Shown here: positions 11,728 to 21,842 of the stretch, in pieces
Layout: the number at the start of each line of letters is the position of its first letter
Numbering within the stretch: the stretch's first letter is position 1
From: an uncultured Actinomycetota bacterium
GTDB taxonomy: Bacteria > Actinomycetota > Humimicrobiia > Humimicrobiales > Humimicrobiaceae
DNA: 64,000 nucleotides
NCBI GenBank assembly: GCA_964610315.1
Contig: CAZSVM010000005.1
Location: 6,960-70,959 of the forward strand
Reading direction: 5' to 3'
The notes under the pieces: model-generated
Told to the model about the DNA's origin: nothing
The model's input: the letters and a program-made list of their open reading frames with translations, nothing else
Databases searched by the model: none
Made by a program: the position numbers and the translations under genes

Positions 11728-12828
11728 ATGAAGAGAGGATCAGAATTCAAGCTTGAAGAAGTAAAAATGTTGATTAATAAAGGTAAAGCTGATGGTATTC
11801 TAACCACAGAGGAGATTGCTGAAACCCTTTCAGATATAGAGCTTTCCAAAGAGCAGATTGAAAACATTTACGATGTTATACAGAATCTGGGAATAGAAAT
11901 TGTAAGCGAAGAAGATGAAGATATCGACAGCGGAAGTTCGGATAAAAAAAGCGGCGATGGGGTTCTGGGCAAGGGCCTGGATCTGACTATAAAATCTCCT
12001 ACCAATGATCCGGTTAGAATGTATCTTAAGGAAATCGGAAAGGTCAGACTTCTGACTGCTTTTGAAGAGGTTAGTCTTGCCAAGAAGATCGAAGCAGGTG
12101 ATCCGGAAGCTAAAAGAATGCTGGTTGAGGCTAATTTAAGACTGGTGGTAAGCATTGCCAAAAAATATGTAGGAAGAGGAATGCTGTTTCTGGATCTTAT
12201 ACAGGAAGGCAATCTGGGCCTTATCAGAGCGGTGGAGAAATTCGATTATAAAAAGGGCTATAAATTTTCTACCTATGCTACATGGTGGATAAGGCAGGCC
12301 ATAACCAGAGCAATAGCAGATCAGGCCAGGACCATAAGAATTCCGGTGCATATGGTGGAAACCATAAACAAATTAATAAGGGTGCAGAGACAGCTTCTGC
12401 AAAAACTGGGAAGAGAACCTACCCCGGAAGAGATTGCCAGAAAAATGAAGTTTTCAGCAGAGAAGGTAAGGGAAATTATGAAGATATCTCAGGAGCCTGT
12501 ATCTCTTGAAACTCCTATAGGCGAGGAGGAGGACAGTCATCTGGGAGATTTTATAGAGGATTCCGAAGTTGAAGCGCCTTCCGATGCTGCTTCCTTCACC
12601 ATGCTGCAGGAACAGCTTCAGGAAGTTTTGAATACATTAAATGACAGGGAAAGAAAAGTCATCCAGTTAAGATTTGGACTTCAGGATGGACACCCCCGAA
12701 CTCTGGAGGAAGTAGGCAGGGAGTTTGGAGTGACCAGGGAAAGAATAAGACAGATAGAGTCAAAAACCCTGGGAAAACTCAGACATCCAAACAGAAGTGG
12801 AGTACTCAGGGATTTTCTAGAGCACTGA
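11728..12828 (+). CDS. rpoD: RNA polymerase primary sigma factor RpoD/SigA
   Basis: [51 protein letters not shown]; follows dnaG. Confidence 0.98.
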   Translation: MKRGSEFKLEEVKMLINKGKADGILTTEEIAETLSDIELSKEQIENIYDVIQNLGIEIVSEEDEDIDSGSSDKKSGDGVLGKGLDLTIKSPTNDPVRMYLKEIGKVRLLTAFEEVSLAKKIEAGDPEAKRMLVEANLRLVVSIAKKYVGRGMLFLDLIQEGNLGLIRAVEKFDYKKGYKFSTYATWWIRQAITRAIADQARTIRIPVHMVETINKLIRVQRQLLQKLGREPTPEEIARKMKFSAEKVREIMKISQEPVSLETPIGEEEDSHLGDFIEDSEVEAPSDAASFTMLQEQLQEVLNTLNDRERKVIQLRFGLQDGHPRTLEEVGREFGVTRERIRQIESKTLGKLRHPNRSGVLRDFLEH

Positions 12829-12853
12829 GACAGCTTCAGGCTGTAAATTACTA

Positions 12854-12881
12854 TTGAAATAAACTTCTTATATACTATAAT
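12854..12881 (+). promoter_or_regulatory. tRNA-Asn promoter TTGAAA-16-TATAAT
   Basis: Near-consensus hexamers ending 24 nt before the tRNA. Confidence 0.7.
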
Positions 12882-12904
12882 AGCTTATCGTGCTTTAATC
12901 AGGT

Positions 12905-12979
<75 letters not shown>

Positions 12980-13127
12980 GAAAATTTGACCCTTCATAAC
13001 AATAAAAATTGGCTGATCTCCTTGGATTTATTTATAAGCAATTGCTTTGTATTTCGATAGACAAATTAATTATTTTTTGTAATAATTTTTTTAATCTTTT
13101 TTAAAAACTTAACCAATACTTTAAAGT

Positions 13128-14024
13128 ATGTCTACAGTTGAAGTAAATCACATAGTCAAATCATATGCAGATAAGCTCGCGGTTGACGATCTGTCTTTCT
13201 CTATAGCTCAAAATGAGATATTTGGTCTAATAGGACCTAATGGTGCGGGCAAGACTACCACCATCAGGATGATGATGGATATAATTAAACCTGATTCGGG
13301 CGAGGTTATAGTTTTTGGAGAGAAATTGAATGAAGCAAGTAAGAATAGACTTGGCTATCTACCCGAAGAAAGAGGATTGTATAAAAAACTGACTGTGATG
13401 GAATCTATTATCTACCTGGCTTCACTTAAAAATATGGTCAGGTCCTCTATAGGGGAAAAAGCTGATGAGTTGCTTAAACAAACAGGTATGCTTCCTTACA
13501 AGAATAAGCGGATTGAAGAATTGAGCAAAGGCATGGGTCAGATTATTCAGCTCATAGTCACCATTATCCATGACCCTGAACTGGTTATTTTTGATGAACC
13601 ATTTTCAAGTCTTGATCCAATTAATACAGAACTAATTAAAAAGTTATTTGTAGGTTTGAGAAACCAGGGTAAGGCAGTAGTTCTAAGTACCCATCAGATA
13701 AATCAGGTAGAGGAACTCTGTGACCGTGTATTAATGATAGACAATGGACATAAAATTCTTTACGGGAGTCTTTCAGAAATCAAAGCCAGGTATAAAACTA
13801 ACACAGTTATTATTGATTTTGAAGGTGAGCTGGGACATATACCGGGAATTATAAAAAAGAGAGTTAACAAAGACTCTGCTGAATTAATCCTTGATAGAAG
13901 TACTACTCCTGAACAAGTCCTAAAACGGTTATTGGACACTGGCTTAACAATCAATCGATTCGAAGTCTCAATTCCTTCACTTAACGAAGTATTTATTGAG
14001 GTGGTGAGTGAAAATAAGAAATAA
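13128..14024 (+). CDS. ABC exporter ATP-binding subunit (YhaQ/NatA-like)
   Basis: GPNGAGKTT, LSKGM, IFDEP; C-terminal DUF4162-like extension. Confidence 0.9.
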   Translation: MSTVEVNHIVKSYADKLAVDDLSFSIAQNEIFGLIGPNGAGKTTTIRMMMDIIKPDSGEVIVFGEKLNEASKNRLGYLPEERGLYKKLTVMESIIYLASLKNMVRSSIGEKADELLKQTGMLPYKNKRIEELSKGMGQIIQLIVTIIHDPELVIFDEPFSSLDPINTELIKKLFVGLRNQGKAVVLSTHQINQVEELCDRVLMIDNGHKILYGSLSEIKARYKTNTVIIDFEGELGHIPGIIKKRVNKDSAELILDRSTTPEQVLKRLLDTGLTINRFEVSIPSLNEVFIEVVSENKK

Positions 14025-15231
14025 GACATTGTTAGTATTCAGACATGAGTTCTTTCATACAGTAAAAAGAGCAGGGTTCATTATACTCGCTCTCTCACTG
14101 CCCGTGCTAGCTCTTCTGGGTATAGGAGTTTATCATATTGTCTCAGGAGCTATTAAACCTTCCACAGAAGTATCCAGGATAGGATATGTCGATGAATCTG
14201 GTGATTTTGACCAGTACACTACACAGGGAAATATAATTCTTATCAGCTATGAAACCCAGGAATCGGCCACACAGGCTTTGATTAAAAAGGACATTAAAGA
14301 ATATTTCATCATTCCACAGGATTTTGTATCAACAGGGATAATCAAACGTTATGTCACACAGCGAGAGCTTGCACCACCCCTTGATACAGTAAATGCAATT
14401 GATGTTTTCCTTTCAAGTAATCTATTGGCCGGAAAAGTACCAGAAAGCACTATTGCAAGGATTGAATCTTCCCCGAATCTTATTACAACCACGCTGACTT
14501 CAACAGGTGACACAGCTACACAACAGGGTGGATACGCAAACTTTATCGTTCCAGGTGTTTTCAGCCTACTGTTGGCATTATCACTTATGCTTAACTCCAG
14601 TTATGTGGTGCAAAGTCTTAGTGAAGAGAAAGAAAATCGGCTTATGGAAATATTGTTATCCTCAGTTTCCACTCGGCAATTGTTGACAGGTAAGGTTCTG
14701 GGTCGGGGGACTGCTGGATTTATACAGGTAATAGTATGGGCAATTTCAATACCTTTACTGCTACGATTGGCATCCTCATCAATTGGAGGTTTTATAAGCA
14801 GTATAAAAATACCACCTGGTTTCCTGGTTCTTGGAATAGTATATTTTATTCTCGGTTATTTGTTATTCAGTGTCCTTTCTGCGGCTGTGGCTGCTATCAG
14901 TCCCACCATAAGAGAAGCACAGTCATTGGCATCAATATACACACTTTTCGCTTTTGTACCATTGTGGTTTTTGTCTTTGCTGATGTTCTTCCCTAATAAT
15001 CCAATTTGGATTGTTTTTAGTATTTTTCCTTTTAGTGCACCTGTGATGATAATGTTGCGCATGGGTATTACTGACGTACCTGTATGGCAAATTGTTGTTA
15101 GTATGATCGTATTGTTGTCATGCATTATTGGGGGATTGTTTTTAGCAGCCAAACTACTGAGGACTTATATACTGATGTATGGCAAAAGACCAAATCTTAA
15201 AGAGATTATAAAGAATTTTAAAAGTGTATAG
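14008..15231 (+). CDS. ABC-2 type permease (YhaP/NatB-like)
   Basis: SEEKENRLMEILLSSVS...LLTGKVLG motif; multiple TM helices. Confidence 0.9.
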   Translation: MKIRNKTLLVFRHEFFHTVKRAGFIILALSLPVLALLGIGVYHIVSGAIKPSTEVSRIGYVDESGDFDQYTTQGNIILISYETQESATQALIKKDIKEYFIIPQDFVSTGIIKRYVTQRELAPPLDTVNAIDVFLSSNLLAGKVPESTIARIESSPNLITTTLTSTGDTATQQGGYANFIVPGVFSLLLALSLMLNSSYVVQSLSEEKENRLMEILLSSVSTRQLLTGKVLGRGTAGFIQVIVWAISIPLLLRLASSSIGGFISSIKIPPGFLVLGIVYFILGYLLFSVLSAAVAAISPTIREAQSLASIYTLFAFVPLWFLSLLMFFPNNPIWIVFSIFPFSAPVMIMLRMGITDVPVWQIVVSMIVLLSCIIGGLFLAAKLLRTYILMYGKRPNLKEIIKNFKSV

Positions 15232-15319
15232 ATGCAATTATTCTGATATTATTTCGCATTGAATATTTGATTCTAACAGTGAATGTTTATAACTTATACA
15301 TATATCTAATTTATAAGAA

Positions 15320-15347
15320 ATTCTAAAAGCGTCCATACAGAGAGCCA
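15320..15347 (+). repeat. tRNA-3'-like att site 1 (degenerate, 1-nt deletion; DAFR type)
   Basis: ATTCTAAAAGCGTCCATACAGAGAGCCA. Confidence 0.7.
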
Positions 15348-15438
15348 GATAATTAAGGATCTTGATTATATAAAAATATAGGTAGTTTTAATTTTTTCTA
15401 ATTCATCTTTTAAATCAGTAAATTCATTAAAATAAAAA

Positions 15439-15467
15439 GTTCGAAATGTGTCCACTAAGGGGAGCCA
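15439..15467 (+). repeat. tRNA-3'-like att site 2 (DTFRTFY type)
   Basis: GTTCGAAATGTGTCCACTAAGGGGAGCCA; minus strand reads WLPLVDTFRTFYFNEFTDLKDELEKIKTTYIFI*. Confidence 0.85.
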
Positions 15468-15643
15468 GCATAAAATCCGGGCTCTTCACCAACAAACGGG
15501 GCAACCCGCTCTAACAACATAGTGCTTTAACTCTCAATCTGTAGTTTTCAAAGTTCCTAAACCTATAAAACCTGTAGGAGATCTCTAAAAGTTTTTAAGG
15601 ATCTTTTCGAATTAATAAGAAGGACGATAAAAAGAATTTAAAT

Positions 15644-15683
15644 TTACCATAAATTATGGTAATATATACATAAATTATGGTAA
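15644..15683. promoter_or_regulatory. Palindromic operator TTACCATAA-A-TTATGGTAA plus a partial tandem copy upstream of the HTH gene
   Basis: Perfect 9-1-9 inverted repeat at 15644-15662; CATAAATTATGGTAA repeated at 15669-15683. Confidence 0.7.
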
Positions 15684-15695
15684 AGGAGTTAAAGT

Positions 15696-16025
15696 ATGTT
15701 GGAACCAGTTCTGGGTAATAGTACGATAGAAAAAATTTTATTTACTCTTGAATCTTATGGACAGGCGTATCCTTTAGAGTTATCAAAATTGTTTGATATT
15801 CCAGTAAATGGAATTCAGCAGCAGATGGATCGTCTTGAGAACGGTGGAGTAATAGTTAGTTCAATGGTAGGAAGAACTAGATTATATAAATTTAATCCAA
15901 GGTACCCTTTTTTAAAAGAGTTGAGAGCATTAGTCCAAAGAGCAATGGAATTTCTTTCTGAAAAAGAAATACGAAAATATTACCGAAGGAGAACAAGACC
16001 AAGAAAAAAGGGTAAACCATTATGA
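15696..16025 (+). CDS. Winged-helix (ArsR-like) HTH protein, putative antitoxin/regulator
   Basis: ELSKLF...IQQQMDRLENGGVIVS...GRTRLY.FN pattern; overlaps the next ORF. Confidence 0.75.
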   Translation: MLEPVLGNSTIEKILFTLESYGQAYPLELSKLFDIPVNGIQQQMDRLENGGVIVSSMVGRTRLYKFNPRYPFLKELRALVQRAMEFLSEKEIRKYYRRRTRPRKKGKPL

Positions 16026-16570
16026 ATATAGATTGGGAAAGGGTTGAAATTAAAGAACTGGCAGCGATAATCTCTTCTCATTTACAAAAGAATGGCATTG
16101 AAGTTGTTTTAGTAGGGGGAGCCTGTGTTTCACTCTACTCGGAAAATCAATATATATCATATGATATCGATTTGATAACAGATACCCCTATAAAAAAAAT
16201 AACTCCAGTGCTTGAAGAGTTAGGATTTAAAAATGCTGGTGGTCGTTTATTTGAAAACCCTAAATGTGGATTCTTGATAGATTTTCCTGCTCCTCCTGTA
16301 TCAGTTGGAGATGAACGACCAGTCTCCGAATTTAATTATCTAAATACACAATTCGGTACAATATGTTTATTAACGCCCACAGATTGTATTAAAGATAGGT
16401 TAGCAGCATATTTTTTCTGGAATGATAACCAATCTTTTGACCAGGCTATCATGGTAGCAGAAAGGAATAAAATCAATTTTCAAGAAATAAAAAAGTGGGC
16501 TGAAAAACAAAGTGAGTTGGAAAAGTATGAGGTCTTTAAGAAGAAATGCAGAGAGAAGAAGGTTTGCTAA
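16022..16570 (+). CDS. Nucleotidyltransferase-fold protein (AbiEii/DUF6036-like)
   Basis: VVLVGGACVS...SYDIDL (GG + DxD) motif. Confidence 0.7.
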   Translation: MNIDWERVEIKELAAIISSHLQKNGIEVVLVGGACVSLYSENQYISYDIDLITDTPIKKITPVLEELGFKNAGGRLFENPKCGFLIDFPAPPVSVGDERPVSEFNYLNTQFGTICLLTPTDCIKDRLAAYFFWNDNQSFDQAIMVAERNKINFQEIKKWAEKQSELEKYEVFKKKCREKKVC

Positions 16571-16625
16571 TATAGTGGATAATATATTTTTTTAAAATGA
16601 TATCTAAAAATTTTAGAAATGATTG

Positions 16626-16654
16626 TTATTAATATCGTCCAGTCCTGGGAGCCA
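16626..16654 (+). repeat. tRNA-3'-like att site 3 (divergent)
   Basis: TTATTAATATCGTCCAGTCCTGGGAGCCA; minus strand WLPGLDDI... Confidence 0.7.
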
Positions 16655-17064
16655 GCAATTTTTTAATTAAATTAAAGATTTTTTATAAACTCTTGTCAAT
16701 GTATATATTTATGGATGCCCAAAAACATTTTATATATAAGCAATCTCTTTTAGAACAGGATATTAAATTTAAATTTTTATTTCAGGGTTTGGATGTTTCT
16801 AAAATATACTTTACATTAATCTCTAATTAAAGTTATATAATAATAAATATAATATATAATAAATACACGCTAATACTTTCATGGTATAATGGAAAAGAAC
16901 AGTAAGGTTAGCAGCAAGGTTATTATTAAATAATGTTTTGATATAAAGAGTCCGCATTTTTAAGCGAACCTTCCAAAATAAAGTCAGAGTTTTTTACATT
17001 AATTTATACTATTCCTGTTTTTCTTGTATAAAGATAATTTATAAAAAAATGAAAGGAAATTGGA

Positions 17065-17412
17065 GTGAATAAAAGACTATATGTAGGTAATCTGGAATAC
17101 TCTACCACAGACAAAGAACTGGAGGAATTATTCTCCAGTGAAGGAAGTATAACCTATGCAAAGGTAATTAGAAGTCTGGATGGTAAGTCGAAGGGTTTTG
17201 GATTTGTAGAAATGGGAACCGAGGAAGAGGCAGCTAAAGCCATAGAAAAGTACAACCAGGGTAGTTTCAAAGAAAGAACTATTGTGGTAAATGAAGCCCG
17301 TCCTCAGAGAAATAGAAGTTTTAACGGAAACAGAAGAAGTGGAAATTACCGAAATACACCTAAAGATGATCTTAATTATAAGTTAAGAAGAATAAGAAGA
17401 AGGGTTAGGTAG
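17065..17412 (+). CDS. RRM-domain RNA-binding protein
   Basis: RNP2 LYVGNL, RNP1 KGFGFVEM, VNEARP, basic tail. Confidence 0.93.
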   Translation: MNKRLYVGNLEYSTTDKELEELFSSEGSITYAKVIRSLDGKSKGFGFVEMGTEEEAAKAIEKYNQGSFKERTIVVNEARPQRNRSFNGNRRSGNYRNTPKDDLNYKLRRIRRRVR

Positions 17413-17539
17413 GTTTTTTAGAATCCTTAAGTAAAGGCAAGATGTTGCGTATTGTTTTATCCATGATTCCGAACCCAGGAACCTTCGTAATTCTTACCTA
17501 ATAAAGATTAAAAAGTTTAAGTTGTTTATAAGGATCAAG

Positions 17540-18649
17540 GTGATAGAAATTAAAAGAGGGTCAGAGTTTAAAATAGAAGAAGTAAAGATGTTGATTAGTA
17601 AAGGTAAGGTAGACGGCCTGCTTACCATGGAGGAAATCACTGAAACACTTTCAGATATAGAACTTTCCAAAGAGCAGGTTGAAAACATTTATGATGTTAT
17701 TCAAAACCTGGGAATAGAAATTGTAAGCGAAGATGATGAAGATATTAACAGTGGAGGTTCAGGTAAAAAAGACGAGGGGGAGGTTTTAGGCAAAGGGCTG
17801 GATCTTACTATTAAATCTCCTACAAATGATCCGGTTAGAATGTACCTTAAGGAAATTGGAAAGGTTAGGCTTCTTACTGCTTTTGAAGAAGTGCAGCTGG
17901 CAAAAAAAAATGAAGCGGGGAACTTAGCGGCAAGACAATTGCTGGTGGAGGCGAACCTGAGACTGGTGGTAAGTATCGCCAAAAAGTATTTTGGAAGAGG
18001 TTTGCTTTTTTTAGACCTCATACAGGAAGGAAATCTTGGACTGATAAAGGCGGTAGAGAAATTTGATTACAGGAGAGGTTTTAAATTTTCTACATACGCA
18101 ACCTGGTGGATAAGACAGGCTATTACAAGAGCTTTGGCTGATCAGGCCAGGACTATTAGAATCCCGGTTCATATGATAGAGAACATTAATAAATTAGTCA
18201 GGGTCCAAAGACAATTGCTTCAAGAGCTTGGTAGGGATCCTTCACCAGAAGAGATTTCAAAGAAAATGGATTTTACCCCTGGCAAGATAAGGGAAATAAT
18301 CAAAATAAGCCAGCATCCTATTTCATTTGAAACTCCCATAGGTGACGAGGGTGATAGTAACCTTGGCGATTTCATAGAGGATTCTGAAGTAGAAGCGCCT
18401 TCTGCAGCTGCTTCTTTTACTATGTTACAGGAGCAGCTGCATGAAGTTCTAAATACATTAAATGACAGAGAAAGAAAAATTATCCAGTTAAGGTTCGGGC
18501 TTCAAGATGGACATCCCAGAACTCTGGAAGAAGTGGGCAGGGAGTTTGGAGTAACCAGAGAAAGAATAAGACAGATAGAATCAAAAGCTTTGGGAAAGCT
18601 CAGACATCCAAATAGAAGCGGTGTTTTAAGGGATTTTCTGGAGCACTAA
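17540..18649 (+). CDS. rpoD: Second RpoD/SigA paralogue (start uncertain: TTG 17522, GTG 17540 or ATT 17549)
   Basis: Colinear with 11728-12828 over its full length; intact frame. Confidence 0.92.
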   Translation: MIEIKRGSEFKIEEVKMLISKGKVDGLLTMEEITETLSDIELSKEQVENIYDVIQNLGIEIVSEDDEDINSGGSGKKDEGEVLGKGLDLTIKSPTNDPVRMYLKEIGKVRLLTAFEEVQLAKKNEAGNLAARQLLVEANLRLVVSIAKKYFGRGLLFLDLIQEGNLGLIKAVEKFDYRRGFKFSTYATWWIRQAITRALADQARTIRIPVHMIENINKLVRVQRQLLQELGRDPSPEEISKKMDFTPGKIREIIKISQHPISFETPIGDEGDSNLGDFIEDSEVEAPSAAASFTMLQEQLHEVLNTLNDRERKIIQLRFGLQDGHPRTLEEVGREFGVTRERIRQIESKALGKLRHPNRSGVLRDFLEH

Positions 18650-18814
18650 GTTAACTGTAGACTGTAATTTAGTTGTGGTCTATCATGTTAGTAGGTTTGT
18701 TACCGGCTTTGTTACTGGGTATTTTAAAGTGGAATTTAATCACTTTTTTTAGCTAAATTACTATTGAAATAAACTTCTTATATACTATAAAAGCTTATCG
18801 TGTGCTATCCAAGT

Positions 18815-18888
<74 letters not shown>

Positions 18889-19095
18889 GCATAAAATCCT
18901 TTGGCTCTTCACCAACAAATGGGGCAACTCATTCTAACCTAATACTTTAGTTAATAAATTTATCGATAAATTACTTATGATTTAAATTCTCTCTCCTCAG
19001 CTAAAGAATAATTTTTTTGTAACAATTTCTACAAAAAATGGTCAGATATAATGTTATTTAAAATATTTTTTATGTAAAAAAGTATAACTGTTGAT

Positions 19096-20397
19096 ATGTC
19101 ATTTATAGATTTTTCTAGAAACAAAATTAAGAAACTGCTGATTAAAGAGGACAATATAATACTTGAAAATAATGCTCCTTCCTATGAGAGCCTTGAATAT
19201 AAGTTTCAGGATATAGATGAATTCGGACTTTATCTTCATATTCCTTTCTGCAGGCAAATCTGTCCCTACTGCCCTTACAACAAAGAAATCTATAAACCCG
19301 AGGTAGCAAAATTGTATGCAGAAGCTGTGAAAAAGGAAATTAACTTCTATTGCAAACTTTTTGGTGGTAAGCCTGTAACTACATTCTATGTTGGTGGTGG
19401 GACCCCTACAACTATGCTTTATAGTGGTCTTTACGAGATTTTAGAATATATATATAGAAATTTTAATATGCAGTGTGATATACATATGGAGAGCCATCCT
19501 AATGATTTGAGTGAAGATAATCTTAACACTATAAAGTCTCTTGGCATAAAGCACTTGAGCACAGGAGTGGAGGCTCTTGAAGATAAGTACTTAAAAGTTC
19601 TTAACAGGCTATATAATACTAAAAGAGTAAAGGAAGCAGCTGAAAGGGTAGCCAGTAAAGGATTTAAATGTTTTAATGTAGACTTCATCTTTGCTTTACC
19701 TAATCAGTCCTACAGTGAGGTAGAGAAAGCAGGTCACGATTTAGTTAAAATGGGTGTTGATCAAGTAGCAGCTTACCCCTTCTTTAAATTCCCATATACT
19801 AAAATGGGGGGAGATTCTGATGAGGTAAATTATAACGTATCTACGGTATTTAAAAGACGTAAAATGCTCAGTATTCTTGAGAGCATTTTCTATGATGCTG
19901 GTTTTGAAAGAACTTCTGTCTGGGCATTTACCAAAAAAGGAGTTCCAAAATACTGTTCGGTAACAGTACCTCTTTATGTTGGTCTTGGTGCCAGCGGTGG
20001 AACATATCTAAAGGATATTTTTTATCTAAATACTTTCAATGTTTCTGAATATATCATGGCGATGGATAGTGGAAAGATGCCAATTGCCTTATCACTTGAT
20101 CTCTCAGAAAACATGCAGATGGCCTGGTGGCTTTATTGGAGAGTCTATGAAACCAGGTTTAAGAGAAGCGATTTTGAAAGAAGATTTGGAAAGAAGTTCA
20201 ATGAAATCTACGGAAAATGCATAAAGTGGTTTTCCCTTTTTGGTTTAATAAAAAAAGATGATGGAGACCGAATAGTTCTTACAGATAGGGGGGCATATTG
20301 GCTACATTCAATTGAGGATCTATTTTCATTAAATTATATAGGTAAGTTATGGGGAACTTCAAAGCAAGAGCCTTGGCCTAAAAGGGTAGAACTGTAA
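19096..20397 (+). CDS. HemN/HemW-like radical SAM protein
   Basis: LYLHIPFCRQICPYC, YVGGGTPT, NVDFIFALPNQ. Confidence 0.9.
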   Translation: MSFIDFSRNKIKKLLIKEDNIILENNAPSYESLEYKFQDIDEFGLYLHIPFCRQICPYCPYNKEIYKPEVAKLYAEAVKKEINFYCKLFGGKPVTTFYVGGGTPTTMLYSGLYEILEYIYRNFNMQCDIHMESHPNDLSEDNLNTIKSLGIKHLSTGVEALEDKYLKVLNRLYNTKRVKEAAERVASKGFKCFNVDFIFALPNQSYSEVEKAGHDLVKMGVDQVAAYPFFKFPYTKMGGDSDEVNYNVSTVFKRRKMLSILESIFYDAGFERTSVWAFTKKGVPKYCSVTVPLYVGLGASGGTYLKDIFYLNTFNVSEYIMAMDSGKMPIALSLDLSENMQMAWWLYWRVYETRFKRSDFERRFGKKFNEIYGKCIKWFSLFGLIKKDDGDRIVLTDRGAYWLHSIEDLFSLNYIGKLWGTSKQEPWPKRVEL

Positions 20398-20410
20398 CAG
20401 ATTTAATAAA

Positions 20411-21289
20411 ATGAAAAATATAATCTTTGGAATAAAATATATAATTGGTAATCAAATCTTAAAAAGACGCACCCCTCTTATTGCTGGGTTAGCTATAACC
20501 AACAAATGTAATTTACGATGCAAACATTGTAGAGTACCCGAACGCAAGACAGAAGATATGAGTTTTGAGAAAATAATTACTGTAATTGATTCATTTTACA
20601 AAGAGGGAGGTCGTACTGTCTATATTGAAGGTGGCGAACCATTTATTTGGCATGATAGACAACATAATCTTGAAGATATTGTCGAATATGCCCATAAAAA
20701 AAGATTTCATACGGTTATTATTTATACAAATGGTACATTCCCGATAGAAACCTCAGCTGATACTGTTTTTATTAGTGTTGATGGACTCAAGGAAACTCAC
20801 AATCTCATACGCGGGAAAACGTTTGACAGGATAATGGGAAATATTCATGAATCAGAGCATCCTTCACTATATATAAATTTTACAATTAATAATTACAACA
20901 AAGATGAAATAGAAGCATTTTGTGAAAATGTAGATAGAATAAATCAGATACGTGGTATATTTTTTTATTTCCATACACCCTATTATGGACATGATGATTT
21001 ATATATAGAAACTCCCAAAAGAGAGGAAATTTTACTCAGGTTATTAGATTTTAAAAAGAAATACAAAATATTGAACTCGCAAGCAGGTATAAAATCAGCA
21101 ATAAAAAATGATTGGAAGCGACCTTTAGATATTTGTCGTATTTATGAAAACAAGGTCGTGTATGAATGTTGCAGATATTCTGGAGATGCTGAACTATGTA
21201 AAAAATGTGGGTATCTGAGTTACGCTGAAATAGATCAGACATTAAAATTAAAGCCATCAGCTATTTTCAATGCATTAAAATATTTTTAG
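20411..21289 (+). CDS. Radical SAM protein (C-terminal Cys cluster)
   Basis: CNLRCKHC, GGEP, YTNG, ISVDG; C-terminal C...CC...CKKC. Confidence 0.9.
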   Translation: MKNIIFGIKYIIGNQILKRRTPLIAGLAITNKCNLRCKHCRVPERKTEDMSFEKIITVIDSFYKEGGRTVYIEGGEPFIWHDRQHNLEDIVEYAHKKRFHTVIIYTNGTFPIETSADTVFISVDGLKETHNLIRGKTFDRIMGNIHESEHPSLYINFTINNYNKDEIEAFCENVDRINQIRGIFFYFHTPYYGHDDLYIETPKREEILLRLLDFKKKYKILNSQAGIKSAIKNDWKRPLDICRIYENKVVYECCRYSGDAELCKKCGYLSYAEIDQTLKLKPSAIFNALKYF

Positions 21290-21422
21290 TTCCAATTTTT
21301 TTATTATATATAAAAAGGATATCAAAGCTCAAATATTGTTAATATTAACCAATCATCTGAGACAGCTACCCATTATTTATAATAATTCTTGATTTAATTT
21401 AAAGTTTAAGTTGATTGGATTA

Positions 21423-21451
21423 GTTCTAAAAGCGTCCGATATGGGGAGCCA
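21423..21451 (+). repeat. tRNA-3'-like att site 4 (DAFRT type)
   Basis: GTTCTAAAAGCGTCCGATATGGGGAGCCA; minus strand WLPISDAFRTNPINLNFKLNQELL*. Confidence 0.85.
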
Positions 21452-21602
21452 ACAACTCTTTTACTTTAGCTTTTCGCGAGGTGATTGTATAATATTTCCT
21501 AAATATATTCAGATTTAGTAATGTGAAGCTTTAACGAATAACAATAAAGTTAAAAATAAATTCTTCCGAACTTTGTTTGTATGCTAAGAGGGTGAAATTC
21601 AA

Positions 21603-21842
21603 ATGAAAGTGACTATAATCAACGGCAGCCCTCGCATGGATAAGGGATACACCTCACAGATTCTGGAGCCACTCATCGAAGGAATGAAAGATGCAAGAGC
21701 GGAAGTGACTTTAAAGAATCCCAAGAGCCGGAATAAGCCCCTGTTAAATCCTGGAGGGCCAGTTTCAATAACTGCAAATGAAAGGGCATTCTATTTATGG
21801 AATTGGAACGTAAAAAGTATTGGCTTCTTTTTTACGGATTAA
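21603..21842 (+). pseudogene. N-terminal fragment of a flavodoxin/NADPH-dependent FMN reductase
   Basis: MKVTIINGSPRMDKGYT...GMKDARAEV, then similarity is lost. Confidence 0.6.

Noticed and set aside
12980-13040. Integrase 3' end reading into the tRNA on the minus strand
   Set aside because: The frame upstream of WLPE* is closed by a TAA only about 17 codons away; no integrase body remains.
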